The position numbers and the translations under genes are program-made. A DNA stretch of 15,118 nucleotides from a virus. Taxonomy: Duplodnaviria; Heunggongvirae; Uroviricota; Caudoviricetes. The stretch covers positions 1 through 15,118 of the IMG/VR virus record IMGVR_UViG_2740892439_000020; one strand, 5' to 3'. Positions 1 through 6,404 of the stretch are shown here, piece after piece; the first letter of the stretch is position 1, and each line of letters opens with the position of its first letter. The notes beneath the pieces are model-generated. The model was not told where the DNA came from and did not search any database. It was given only the letters and a program-made list of their open reading frames with translations.

Positions 1-192
1 TCAGGAGCATTTCTGATTAACGCCACCGTTAAGAATCCACCCTTCAACAGCTTCACGAAGGTATGATTTGGGGTGGGTTCTGACTGGCTTCGGAAATCCG
101 TGGCGTTTGGTATAGTTCCAGATTGTCTGACGTGATGAAACACCGAGCTTGTTCATCACTTCTTTCTCAGGAATCAGGCTGGTATCGGTCAT
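1..192 (-). CDS. xis: excisionase-like small DNA-binding protein (Xis/AlpA-type HTH)
   Basis: 63-aa ORF; ATG at 190-192 with GGAGA 6 nt upstream; basic HTH-like sequence; sits at the distal end of the leftward early operon where lambdoid phages carry xis; its stop codon is the first triplet of the window, so int would lie outside. Confidence 0.55.
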   Translation of the reverse strand: MTDTSLIPEKEVMNKLGVSSRQTIWNYTKRHGFPKPVRTHPKSYLREAVEGWILNGGVNQKCS

Positions 193-206
193 CTTAATTC
201 TCCAGG

Positions 207-231
207 CAAAAATAAACCGCCATATAGCGGC
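207..231 (-). terminator. hairpin + T-tract element (minus-strand RNA GCCGC-UAUAUG-GCGGU then UUAUUUUUG) just upstream of the xis RBS
   Basis: 4-5 bp GC stem with 6-nt loop followed by T-run on minus strand; member of a repeated element family (see findings). Confidence 0.3.
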
Positions 232-271
232 TCTATCAGATATGAACAGGCCTCATCGAGTGTGAGGCGGG

Positions 272-616
272 TTAGTCCTTGCGTAGTTCGCTGATTCTTC
301 TGTAAGTCTCTGGTGCTTTGTTCCCGTACGTCTTCATTTCAGACTTCAACAGAGCAACGAGTGAATCCCATTCGTTGAGGATTCCTTTGAATGCCGGAAC
401 GCGCTTTGCAACCTTGTCGAATGAATCTCTGATTTCTGGAATCTGCTCAACAAGTGCAACGCATCGCCGGAAGTCTGCTGCGTCATGTGGAGCGCCGAAG
501 CTATGACCATAGATATTCTTTTTCAGGCCACATGCGATTGAGGCAAGAGTTGCGCTACTGATGCCAACATCGCCAGTCGATTGCCATTTCAAAACCTTCA
601 TAGCCAAATCTGACAT
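272..616 (-). CDS. hypothetical phage protein (114 aa)
   Basis: ORF in track 272..643; start moved to ATG 614-616 (MSDLAMKV...) because it has GGAGA 6 nt upstream, whereas the first 9 codons of the longer ORF are a translation of the terminator-like hairpin. Confidence 0.5.
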   Translation of the reverse strand: MSDLAMKVLKWQSTGDVGISSATLASIACGLKKNIYGHSFGAPHDAADFRRCVALVEQIPEIRDSFDKVAKRVPAFKGILNEWDSLVALLKSEMKTYGNKAPETYRRISELRKD

Positions 617-627
617 TTCTTGTCTCC

Positions 628-651
628 AATAAAAAACCGCCATCAGGCGGC
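628..651 (-). terminator. hairpin + T-tract element (minus-strand RNA GCCGCC-UGAU-GGCGG then UUUUUUAUU)
   Basis: perfect 5-bp GC stem CCGCC/GGCGG (637-650), 4-nt loop, U-run; lies at the junction of two small genes. Confidence 0.4.
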
Positions 652-810
652 TTGGTGTTCTTTCAGTTCTTCAATTCGAATATTGGTTATGTCTGCATGT
701 GCTGTCTGCGCCCATAGCATCCAGTGGTCATAGCAGTCATTGATGTTCTCTGCTTCGATAACTCTGTTGAATGGCTCTCCATTCCATTCACCTGTGACTC
801 GAAAGTGCAT
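643..810 (-). CDS. hypothetical small protein (55 aa, MHFRVTGEWNGEPFNRVIEAENINDCYDHW...)
   Basis: ORF not in the six-frame track (under 60 aa); ATG 808-810 with GGAGA 6 nt upstream; TGA at 643-645. Confidence 0.4.
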   Translation of the reverse strand: MHFRVTGEWNGEPFNRVIEAENINDCYDHWMLWAQTAHADITNIRIEELKEHQAA

Positions 811-823
811 TTATCATCTCCAT

Positions 824-846
824 AAAACAAAACCCGCCGTAGCGAG
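824..846 (-). terminator. putative rho-independent terminator
   Basis: minus-strand stem CUCGC/GCGGG (one G-U) followed by UUUUGUUUUAU, immediately upstream of the RBS of the 643..810 gene. Confidence 0.35.
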
Positions 847-850
847 TTCA

Positions 851-878
851 GATAAAAGAAATCCCCGCGAGTGCGAGG
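851..878 (-). terminator. putative rho-independent terminator downstream of the 899..1180 gene
   Basis: minus-strand 6-bp GC-rich stem (CCUCGC/GCGGGG, one G-U) with 4-nt loop followed by AUUUCUUUUAUC. Confidence 0.4.
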
Positions 879-898
879 ATAGTTACTTGTTCATATTA

Positions 899-1180
899 TT
901 AATCGTCAATGTATTTTGAGCATTGTGGGCAATCATCAATCCCACAATACGATTCATATGCATCCTTTATTGCGTCGCGGGCTTCAGTAAGAGTATTGAA
1001 TAAGTTGCAGCTATTATCTTTTTGATATAGGTAAGTTCCTAATTTATAAGCAGAAGAAGCATCATTTCCGCTGTCTAAAATTACATCGTTATGGATTCTG
1101 CACCTTGCAAGAACTCCTGATCCCATAAGGGTCTGCATAGCCCATTGCTCTTGATCTTCACACAAATCATGAATGCTCAT
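899..1180 (-). CDS. small Cys-containing protein (93 aa), possibly Ea8.5-like putative zinc-binding protein
   Basis: ORF 899..1198 in track; start moved to ATG 1178-1180 (MSIHDLCED...) which has GAGAGGTG upstream; C-terminal CGIDDCPQC motif; coding region is visibly AT-rich versus flanks; position corresponds to the ea8.5 slot of lambda. Confidence 0.45.
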   Translation of the reverse strand: MSIHDLCEDQEQWAMQTLMGSGVLARCRIHNDVILDSGNDASSAYKLGTYLYQKDNSCNLFNTLTEARDAIKDAYESYCGIDDCPQCSKYIDD

Positions 1181-1294
1181 TTCAACACCTCTCTTCACGT
1201 TTCACACACGTTAAGATTAACAGTGTTTTTACATGCTTTGGAAGATTTATTTTATAAAAACTCTTTTAATACAAATAGATATAATAGTTCACTA

Positions 1295-2065
1295 TTATAG
1301 CTCCTTTAATCGAGGCGGTTCTGGTAGAGGCATCCAGTGGGTTACCTCTTTGAGATACAGGTCTTCGCCATCACCGTCATCCCAAGTTGGATTGCCATCA
1401 TTAAACCAGTCGCCATATACGCCGACCTGAGTGTTGGGGATGTTTGGTGGGTAGTTGTTTTTAAAGTCAGCTGCTAACACATAGCATTGTCGCTCTCCCA
1501 TTTCTGGCATTCGCTCACTACAGCTTATCCAACCATCCGGAGTTACCGGAGAATTGCCAGACAGCTCGTTCAACTTGTAAGTTTGGCTTACAGGTTCGGC
1601 TTCCAGTTCTGCAATGCGCTTCTCTGCGGCTTCCAGCTTCTCGCGCATATCATCAACGTACTCGACCAGAGATCCGCCAGCAGGAATTTCGCACTCCTCG
1701 ACCAGTTGGAAGTAGATATCAGCTGCGGACCGTGTGTTGCTATGCCTAGCGTCGCCCATCTCACCTTCACGAAGAGCATCGCGTTCTGCGGTAAGATTGG
1801 CTATTTTGCTGTCTTTGCCTTCCAGCTCAACACGCAGTTTCCCTACCGTTAGCGCAATATCCTCGTTCTCCTGATCGCGGAGTTTGATGTATTGCTGGTT
1901 TCTTTCCCGTTCATCCAACAATGCCAGCGCGATATCTGGCGAAAAGTGCTTCATAAAATCGTTAAGCGCATTAATTCGCTGATCGAAAGGCATTACAGGT
2001 GCTTCACCAGCAATTTTTGTTTTTTCAGCGATTTCACGAAGCTTTTGATAATCAATCTTGCTCAC
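1295..2065 (-). CDS. Ead/Ea22-like protein with predicted coiled-coil middle and C-terminal DUF551-like domain
   Basis: 256-aa ORF, GTG start at 2063-2065; central heptad-like charged region (LEAAEKRIAELEAE); C-terminal W...RMPE...VTHWMPLPEPP signature typical of DUF551. Confidence 0.55.
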   Translation of the reverse strand: MSKIDYQKLREIAEKTKIAGEAPVMPFDQRINALNDFMKHFSPDIALALLDERERNQQYIKLRDQENEDIALTVGKLRVELEGKDSKIANLTAERDALREGEMGDARHSNTRSAADIYFQLVEECEIPAGGSLVEYVDDMREKLEAAEKRIAELEAEPVSQTYKLNELSGNSPVTPDGWISCSERMPEMGERQCYVLAADFKNNYPPNIPNTQVGVYGDWFNDGNPTWDDGDGEDLYLKEVTHWMPLPEPPRLKEL

Positions 2066-2306
2066 TGGTTGCCCCCTGCTTTTCTGCCTTCAACACCATG
2101 TGCGAACCATCATCCAGCTCCCACGCGATCTCACCACCTTCAGCCATGACCAGTCGCCACACCAATTGAGCAGCCTCATTGGTAACATCACGACCTGGAT
2201 CATTGCCAACGCGCATACGCCCACCTTCAACATCGCGCATTTTTGCCAGCATGATAGTTTTTGATAGCGGTGAAAAACCAAGCTGTAGTCGTGCTGAATT
2301 ACTCAC
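2052..2306 (-). CDS. hypothetical small protein (84 aa)
   Basis: ORF 2052..2333 in track; start moved to GTG 2304-2306, which has a strong AAAGGAGG 6 nt upstream; overlaps the next gene start by 14 nt. Confidence 0.45.
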   Translation of the reverse strand: MSNSARLQLGFSPLSKTIMLAKMRDVEGGRMRVGNDPGRDVTNEAAQLVWRLVMAEGGEIAWELDDGSHMVLKAEKQGATSEQD

Positions 2307-2469
2307 TGGTTGCCTCCTTTGCGCACATCGCATTCAGATATTTGTTTTTATTCACTGATGGAAAAGAATTTCTCTTAAGCAATTCCTCTCTCGATGGCAT
2401 TGGCTTTACGCGTTGGCGAATAATCATTTCTGCCGGAAGAATGCCGGGATTGTATGCAAGTCCTCTCAT
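2299..2469 (-). CDS. hypothetical small protein (56 aa)
   Basis: part of track ORF 2299..2502; ATG 2467-2469 (MRGLAYNP...) has GAGGAA 7 nt upstream; alternative start at 2484-2486 overlaps the upstream gene. Confidence 0.35.
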   Translation of the reverse strand: MRGLAYNPGILPAEMIIRQRVKPMPSREELLKRNSFPSVNKNKYLNAMCAKEATSE

Positions 2470-2479
2470 GGTAAATTCC

Positions 2480-2776
2480 TCAGTCATTACTGATAGCGCC
2501 ATAGCGTGAGCGGTAATTACGCAGGCGCGGGTCGATATATTCAGGGAAGTGGGTATATGTGGCTTTGCGGAATGGTCGGATTGATGTTTCGTTTATTCGG
2601 TCTTTTTCCTGTTTTTCTGCGAGTTGTATATCGCGTCGGTACTTCCGTTCTTCTTTTGTTTCTGGTGGCAGAGCAAGAAACGCGTCGAGATTATTCTTGA
2701 TATTTTCCAGCACCTCCGATATGGAATTGCCGGAACAGCGGCGCGGGTCGTCCGCACCATATAGAGGCGCTGGCAT
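2480..2776 (-). CDS. hypothetical phage protein (98 aa)
   Basis: ATG 2774-2776 with AGGAGA 6 nt upstream; starts 15 nt downstream of the exonuclease stop. Confidence 0.5.
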   Translation of the reverse strand: MPAPLYGADDPRRCSGNSISEVLENIKNNLDAFLALPPETKEERKYRRDIQLAEKQEKDRINETSIRPFRKATYTHFPEYIDPRLRNYRSRYGAISND

Positions 2777-2792
2777 GGTTTTCTCCTGTTGA

Positions 2793-3341
2793 TTATTTAG
2801 CTAACTTTTTCCAGATCGCTGAAACGTATTTGGCTTGGTGAATGGCATCATCAAGCGCGTTGTGGCGAGTTCCTTTGAATGGCATATCTCGCTTAGGGTC
2901 GAATCCTATTACCTTCCCAAGTTCGACGATTGTTCTTACGTCGCGGTCATTCCACCACTGCCACGGAACTGGCTGCCCTGTCAGCGAATAACTGTTTCGG
3001 AGAATAACGCAGTCAAATGATGCTCCATTCCCCCAAACCTGAACGAATTTGTGGTTAGCGTTCTTTATGATGAATTCAGATAACCATGAAAGAGCCGTTG
3101 AAAGCTCCTGAGTGTTGCTGGTTAGCGATTTTCTGGCTTCTTCACTCTGTTCCAGCCACCATAAAATCGTTGAAGCGTCAGGACGCGCCCGATATCGCAT
3201 TGATGACTCAAGCGAGATATTTACCGAGAACTCTTCTCCTGTTTCTCCGGTATTCGGGTCAAAGAATACCGCCCCAATAGAAATAACTGGCGCATATGGC
3301 CCGTTGCCCATTGTTTCAAGGTCAACCATTAAGTGATTCAT
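2793..3341 (-). CDS. DEDDh-family (DnaQ-like) 3'-5' exonuclease
   Basis: 182 aa; Exo I motif MVDLET, Exo II WGNGASFDCVIL, Exo III HNALDDAIHQAKY; AAGGA RBS. Confidence 0.75.
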   Translation of the reverse strand: MNHLMVDLETMGNGPYAPVISIGAVFFDPNTGETGEEFSVNISLESSMRYRARPDASTILWWLEQSEEARKSLTSNTQELSTALSWLSEFIIKNANHKFVQVWGNGASFDCVILRNSYSLTGQPVPWQWWNDRDVRTIVELGKVIGFDPKRDMPFKGTRHNALDDAIHQAKYVSAIWKKLAK

Positions 3342-3349
3342 GTAAGTCC

Positions 3350-3856
3350 TTAAATTGCGTGAATAGCGTGACGAGGGAAGGGGAGAGTTACTGGTGCAAA
3401 GGGTATATCGTCGTCAAAATCCATCGGTGGTTCGTTGTGTTGTGCTGGTGATGATTGCTGCTGTGGCTTCTGTGATTGCCTGCTGGCTGCTTGTTGTTTG
3501 CTGTCGCCAATTCCGCCAAGCATTTGCATCACGCCATTAATTCCGACATGAACCTCGGTTGTGTAACGGTCTTGCCCTGACTGGTCTTTCCACTTTCTGG
3601 TTCTCAGCATTCCCTCGAAATAAATCTGATCACCTTTTTTCACATACTGCCCCACGACCTCAGCCAGTTTCCCGGATACAGCAACACGATGCCATTCAGT
3701 CAATTCCTTTTGCTCGCCAGTATTTTTATCTCGCCATTGTTCTGACGTGGCTATTGTCAGGTTAGCGAACGCTGTACCTGATGGTGAGTATCGAACTTCC
3801 GGGTCTTGTCCTACCCGACCAAGGATAATCACCTTATTTACGCCTCTGCTTGCCAT
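3350..3856 (-). CDS. ssb: single-stranded DNA-binding protein (SSB)
   Basis: 168 aa; N-terminal OB-fold region nearly colinear with E. coli SSB ([33 protein letters not shown]), Gly/Gln-rich linker, acidic C-terminal tail DFDDDIPF. Confidence 0.9.
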   Translation of the reverse strand: MASRGVNKVIILGRVGQDPEVRYSPSGTAFANLTIATSEQWRDKNTGEQKELTEWHRVAVSGKLAEVVGQYVKKGDQIYFEGMLRTRKWKDQSGQDRYTTEVHVGINGVMQMLGGIGDSKQQAASRQSQKPQQQSSPAQHNEPPMDFDDDIPFAPVTLPFPRHAIHAI

Positions 3857-4564
3857 TTATGCCGCCTGTTTTAGTTCGTTAACTCTGATGTTCATTACCT
3901 GAACGCATTTAGCCTGCGCCTCCTCATTGCCAGCCATTAATTGCCAGTCACGCTGATAACGCTCGATGAGTTTTTTCTTGTCAGTTTCTGTTGACGCATA
4001 ATCGCTGAAGTCTTTCAGGATTTGTTCGCAGTCAACCGATGGAGATTTCTGGTTGGTATTTTCTGGTGATGGTTTGTTATCTGATGCTGGTATTGCCCAT
4101 CCCGGCAGCGATGGAGGGAGCCAGTAAAATCCTGTTCCATCCTTCAGTTTTGCCCTGTGCCACCCCTGCTTTTTATCGAGAGATGTTTGTGCGAAACCTT
4201 CCTCAAGGTTATACAGATACCGACCGATTCCCCACTGAACGGCAGCGCGCTTCATTGCACCGGAACGACCACCTTTGACGGCTTCTACCTGCGTGTTTTC
4301 AGCAGCATCCCATTTGGTTACCCATTCGGAATCAATCTTTATTGATATGCCGCATTCAACGCCTCCGTTGTTGGGAATATCGCGGTATTCATTGCGCCAT
4401 CCTGCTTTTCCGCAAACATCGTCCAGGCGTTTCATGATTGCCCGGTTCGTGACATAAGCCAGCACCATAGCCCACACTTTGCCATCGCGTGTTTTACCGC
4501 TTTGCTGTATTCGCCATTCGATATCTTCAGGGCCGAATGGCTCATCGAATTTATTCAAATCCAT
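3857..4564 (-). CDS. single-strand annealing protein (Rad52/Erf-like recombinase)
   Basis: 235 aa; directly abuts ssb (TAA then ATG); N-terminal annealase-like region with RAAVQWGIGRYLYNL motif; GAGGTGA RBS; sub-family assignment uncertain. Confidence 0.65.
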   Translation of the reverse strand: MDLNKFDEPFGPEDIEWRIQQSGKTRDGKVWAMVLAYVTNRAIMKRLDDVCGKAGWRNEYRDIPNNGGVECGISIKIDSEWVTKWDAAENTQVEAVKGGRSGAMKRAAVQWGIGRYLYNLEEGFAQTSLDKKQGWHRAKLKDGTGFYWLPPSLPGWAIPASDNKPSPENTNQKSPSVDCEQILKDFSDYASTETDKKKLIERYQRDWQLMAGNEEAQAKCVQVMNIRVNELKQAA

Positions 4565-4651
4565 AATTCACCTCAGAATGGACATGGCCCAAGGAAATAA
4601 CGCTGATTTAATACTTCAGTCTTTGCCGCATTTAAAAATACGCGAACACCT

Positions 4652-4822
4652 TCACGATCTCCCTTCTGGCGATACATTAACGCCTGCTGCGTGTACATGC
4701 GTCTCTGTAACTTGCTCTCCTTCACTGTGGTTGCGAGTGACATGAATATCTCCTTCGTTACCGATTAATTCTTTCATCTGACGAATGAATTCTTCGTCTG
4801 ACCAGTTATCTGTAAAACTCAT
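4652..4822 (-). CDS. hypothetical small acidic protein in the kil position (56 aa)
   Basis: ATG 4820-4822 overlaps the cIII-like stop as ATGA; part of track ORF 4652..4852. Confidence 0.4.
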   Translation of the reverse strand: MSFTDNWSDEEFIRQMKELIGNEGDIHVTRNHSEGEQVTETHVHAAGVNVSPEGRS

Positions 4823-4989
4823 GGACGGCCTTGTTGTTTCAAAATATCCCAAAGCTTTTCGAGCAAACTTTTCATTCTTGGTTGTTTAAAGTCTGCTCCG
4901 GTTAAAATGTTTTTTCGTGAATGCTGTACCGATAAAATCGGGTTGAAAGGGCGAACCGATGCCGCCCCTGCAATAGCGAACTGTTGCAT
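4819..4989 (-). CDS. cIII: CIII-like protein (FtsH/HflB inhibitor family), 56 aa
   Basis: ATG 4987-4989 with AAGGAG 7 nt upstream; N-terminal MQQFAIAG and C-terminal SLLEKLWDILKQQGRP resemble lambda CIII (MQYAIAG...ESLLER...RLIDILNQPGVP); the track ORF extends further 5' without an RBS. Confidence 0.55.
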   Translation of the reverse strand: MQQFAIAGAASVRPFNPILSVQHSRKNILTGADFKQPRMKSLLEKLWDILKQQGRP

Positions 4990-5051
4990 AGGATGCTCCT
5001 TCTGTTTGATTACATAACGAAAACGCCTCGAGTGAAGCGTTATTGGTATGC

Positions 5052-5079
5052 ATATAAAAAATCCCTCACACTGGAGGGC
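5052..5079 (-). terminator. putative rho-independent terminator (tL-type) upstream of cIII
   Basis: minus-strand stem CCCUC/GAGGG with 6-nt loop followed by AUUUUUUAUAU. Confidence 0.45.
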
Positions 5080-5141
5080 AAAGAAGATTTCCAATAATCA
5101 GAACAAGTCGGCTCCTGTTTAGTTACGAGCGACATTGCTCC

Positions 5142-5169
5142 GTGTATTCACTCGTTGGAATGAATACAC
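5142..5169. repeat. perfect 9-bp inverted repeat GTGTATTCA-N10-TGAATACAC
   Basis: read directly from sequence; intergenic between the membrane protein gene and cIII; no U-tract on the minus (transcribed) strand. Confidence 0.6.
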
Positions 5170-5196
5170 AGTGCAGTGTTTATTCTGTTGTTTATG

Positions 5197-5224
5197 CCAA
5201 AAATAAAGGACGATTATGCGGCCT
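5197..5224 (-). terminator. weak hairpin + UUUAUUUUUG element just after the membrane protein gene stop
   Basis: imperfect stem on minus strand followed by the same T-tail decamer seen at 207-216 and 5719-5728. Confidence 0.25.
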
Positions 5225-5228
5225 GAAA

Positions 5229-5678
5229 TTACTTAACCAATGATGCTGCATATTCGATAAGATAAAGTTTTGGGGCCAGCCAAATTTTTAACCAAGTCAT
5301 ATTGGTTACTACACCAATAATAAAAATCCCCCACAGAGTCAAAACTCCAACCAATGGCATGATAAGAAGGTTAATATCTCCTTTGCTATCCCAAACCATT
5401 GTCGGCCTGTATTTGGGATTTCCCCTCTCCCATGAGTATCCTTCATCACCGATTTTACCTGTCTCAACTCTTTGGCACTGCTTCTTCATAAACCAGAAAA
5501 CCAGTGGGATTGTTAGAATGGCTATTAATGTTTTAATCAGACTGTCAACCATATTCCATAGCAGCAACTGATGAACAACATCAGGAATCTGTGCTTGGCT
5601 AAATGAAACAGCAGCATCTATTCCATTGCTGGCTTTTTGCAGTAGTTCTACGAGAATCTTGTTTGCTTGTTCTTCCAT
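5229..5678 (-). CDS. predicted inner-membrane protein with two transmembrane helices (149 aa); possible superinfection-exclusion-type protein
   Basis: hydrophobic segments LIKTLIAILTIPLVFWFM and LLIMPLVGVLTLWGIFIIGVV; ATG 5676-5678 with AAGGTGA upstream; sits between N and cIII; function is inference only. Confidence 0.5.
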   Translation of the reverse strand: MEEQANKILVELLQKASNGIDAAVSFSQAQIPDVVHQLLLWNMVDSLIKTLIAILTIPLVFWFMKKQCQRVETGKIGDEGYSWERGNPKYRPTMVWDSKGDINLLIMPLVGVLTLWGIFIIGVVTNMTWLKIWLAPKLYLIEYAASLVK

Positions 5679-5718
5679 ATATCACCTTGATTGTAATAAG
5701 CATGAAATTATTTACGGA

Positions 5719-5746
5719 CAAAAATAAAGGCCACCATCAGGCAGCC
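5719..5746 (-). terminator. hairpin + T-tract element (tL1-type) between N region and membrane protein gene
   Basis: minus-strand 7-bp stem GGCUGCC/GGUGGCC (two G-U), loop UGAU, then CUUUAUUUUUG. Confidence 0.4.
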
Positions 5747-5817
5747 TTGTAGTTCTGTTTACCAAGTTCTCTGGCAATCATTGTCGTCGTTCGTATTGTC
5801 CACACCATTGATTTTTA

Positions 5818-5904
5818 TCAATAGTCGTAGTCATACGGATAGTCCTGGTATTGTTCCATCACATCCTGAGGATGCTCTTCGAACTCATCAAATTCTTCTT
5901 CCAT
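5818..5904 (-). CDS. 28-aa highly acidic mini-protein (MEEEFDEFEEHPQDVMEQYQDYPYDYDY)
   Basis: not in ORF track; ATG 5902-5904 with GAGGTGA 3-5 nt upstream, immediately after the N stop codon. Confidence 0.3.
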   Translation of the reverse strand: MEEEFDEFEEHPQDVMEQYQDYPYDYDY

Positions 5905-5912
5905 ATCTCACC

Positions 5913-6212
5913 TCAAATAAGTGGTTTACTGCCTAATTTCATTTTCTGGCGACCAACACAAGTCACACCCATTTCACTGCGTGGCTTGCGGTAGTAAATA
6001 CGATTCTGTTTACGCTCGATTTCTTCTGCCTTCTTGCAGCGAAGGCTTCCGAGTGATGCTGCTTTGTCTGCTCTGACGCAACCAGAGAGCTTTAGCGCAA
6101 TTTTTCGCGCCAGTGCTTCATTACTGCGTCGCTCGGCAATAAGTTCTGCTCTGCGAGCTTTGTAGCGGCTTTTTGCCGTACCTTTGGATTCTTTCCAGAC
6201 AATGGTTACCAT
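5913..6212 (-). CDS. N: antitermination protein N (phi21-type arginine-rich motif)
   Basis: ATG 6210-6212 with AAAGGAG 6 nt upstream (track ORF starts at 6242 without an RBS); N-terminal ARM GTAKSRYKARRAELIAERR as I recall for phage 21 N; first gene downstream of pL/nutL. Confidence 0.7.
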   Translation of the reverse strand: MVTIVWKESKGTAKSRYKARRAELIAERRSNEALARKIALKLSGCVRADKAASLGSLRCKKAEEIERKQNRIYYRKPRSEMGVTCVGRQKMKLGSKPLI

Positions 6213-6322
6213 GATGGTCTCCTTTAAGTGGCTTTGGCGCATGACGCGTCGAGGTGCTTATCTTCTCGATCGCTGTCTTGCAGCTGCAATTCGCGCCATC
6301 CCCAAAACCACTCAAGTTCTGG

Positions 6323-6363
6323 TCTCAACGGTTAGGTTGAGAGTCCGTCGATGTTAAAGAGCC
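6323..6363 (-). promoter_or_regulatory. nutL: nutL site: boxA (GCTCTTTAACA) and boxB hairpin (UCUCAAC-CUAACC-GUUGAGA)
   Basis: boxA consensus-like 11-mer at 6352-6362 on minus strand, then a perfect 7-bp stem hairpin at 6323-6342, between pL and N. Confidence 0.65.
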
Positions 6364-6404
6364 TGCCAATCTGTTCCGTTTGGCTTCCAGCGTCCTGCTG
6401 ATGG

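Noticed and set aside
617-643. Nine-codon N-terminal extension (MAVFYWRQE) of the track ORF 272..643
   Set aside because: These codons are a direct translation of the terminator-like hairpin and T-run and lack an RBS; the ATG at 614-616 has GGAGA at optimal spacing, so the shorter start was preferred (the ATGA overlap with the upstream stop is noted in findings)
1181-1198. GTG-initiated extension (MKRGVE) of the 899..1198 ORF
   Set aside because: The ATG at 1178-1180 is preceded by a GAGAGGTG RBS that the extension would have to translate through
2090-2281. ORF 2090..2281 (minus strand, alternate frame) and 1588..1779 overlapping the small accessory genes
   Set aside because: Overlap better-supported ORFs in other frames; Cys/Trp/Met-rich low-complexity translations; no RBS
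6213-6242. Longer N reading starting at ATG 6240-6242 (MRQSHLKETIM...)
   Set aside because: No Shine-Dalgarno sequence, whereas the ATG at 6210-6212 has AAAGGAG at 6-nt spacing and places the arginine-rich motif near the N-terminus as in known N proteins
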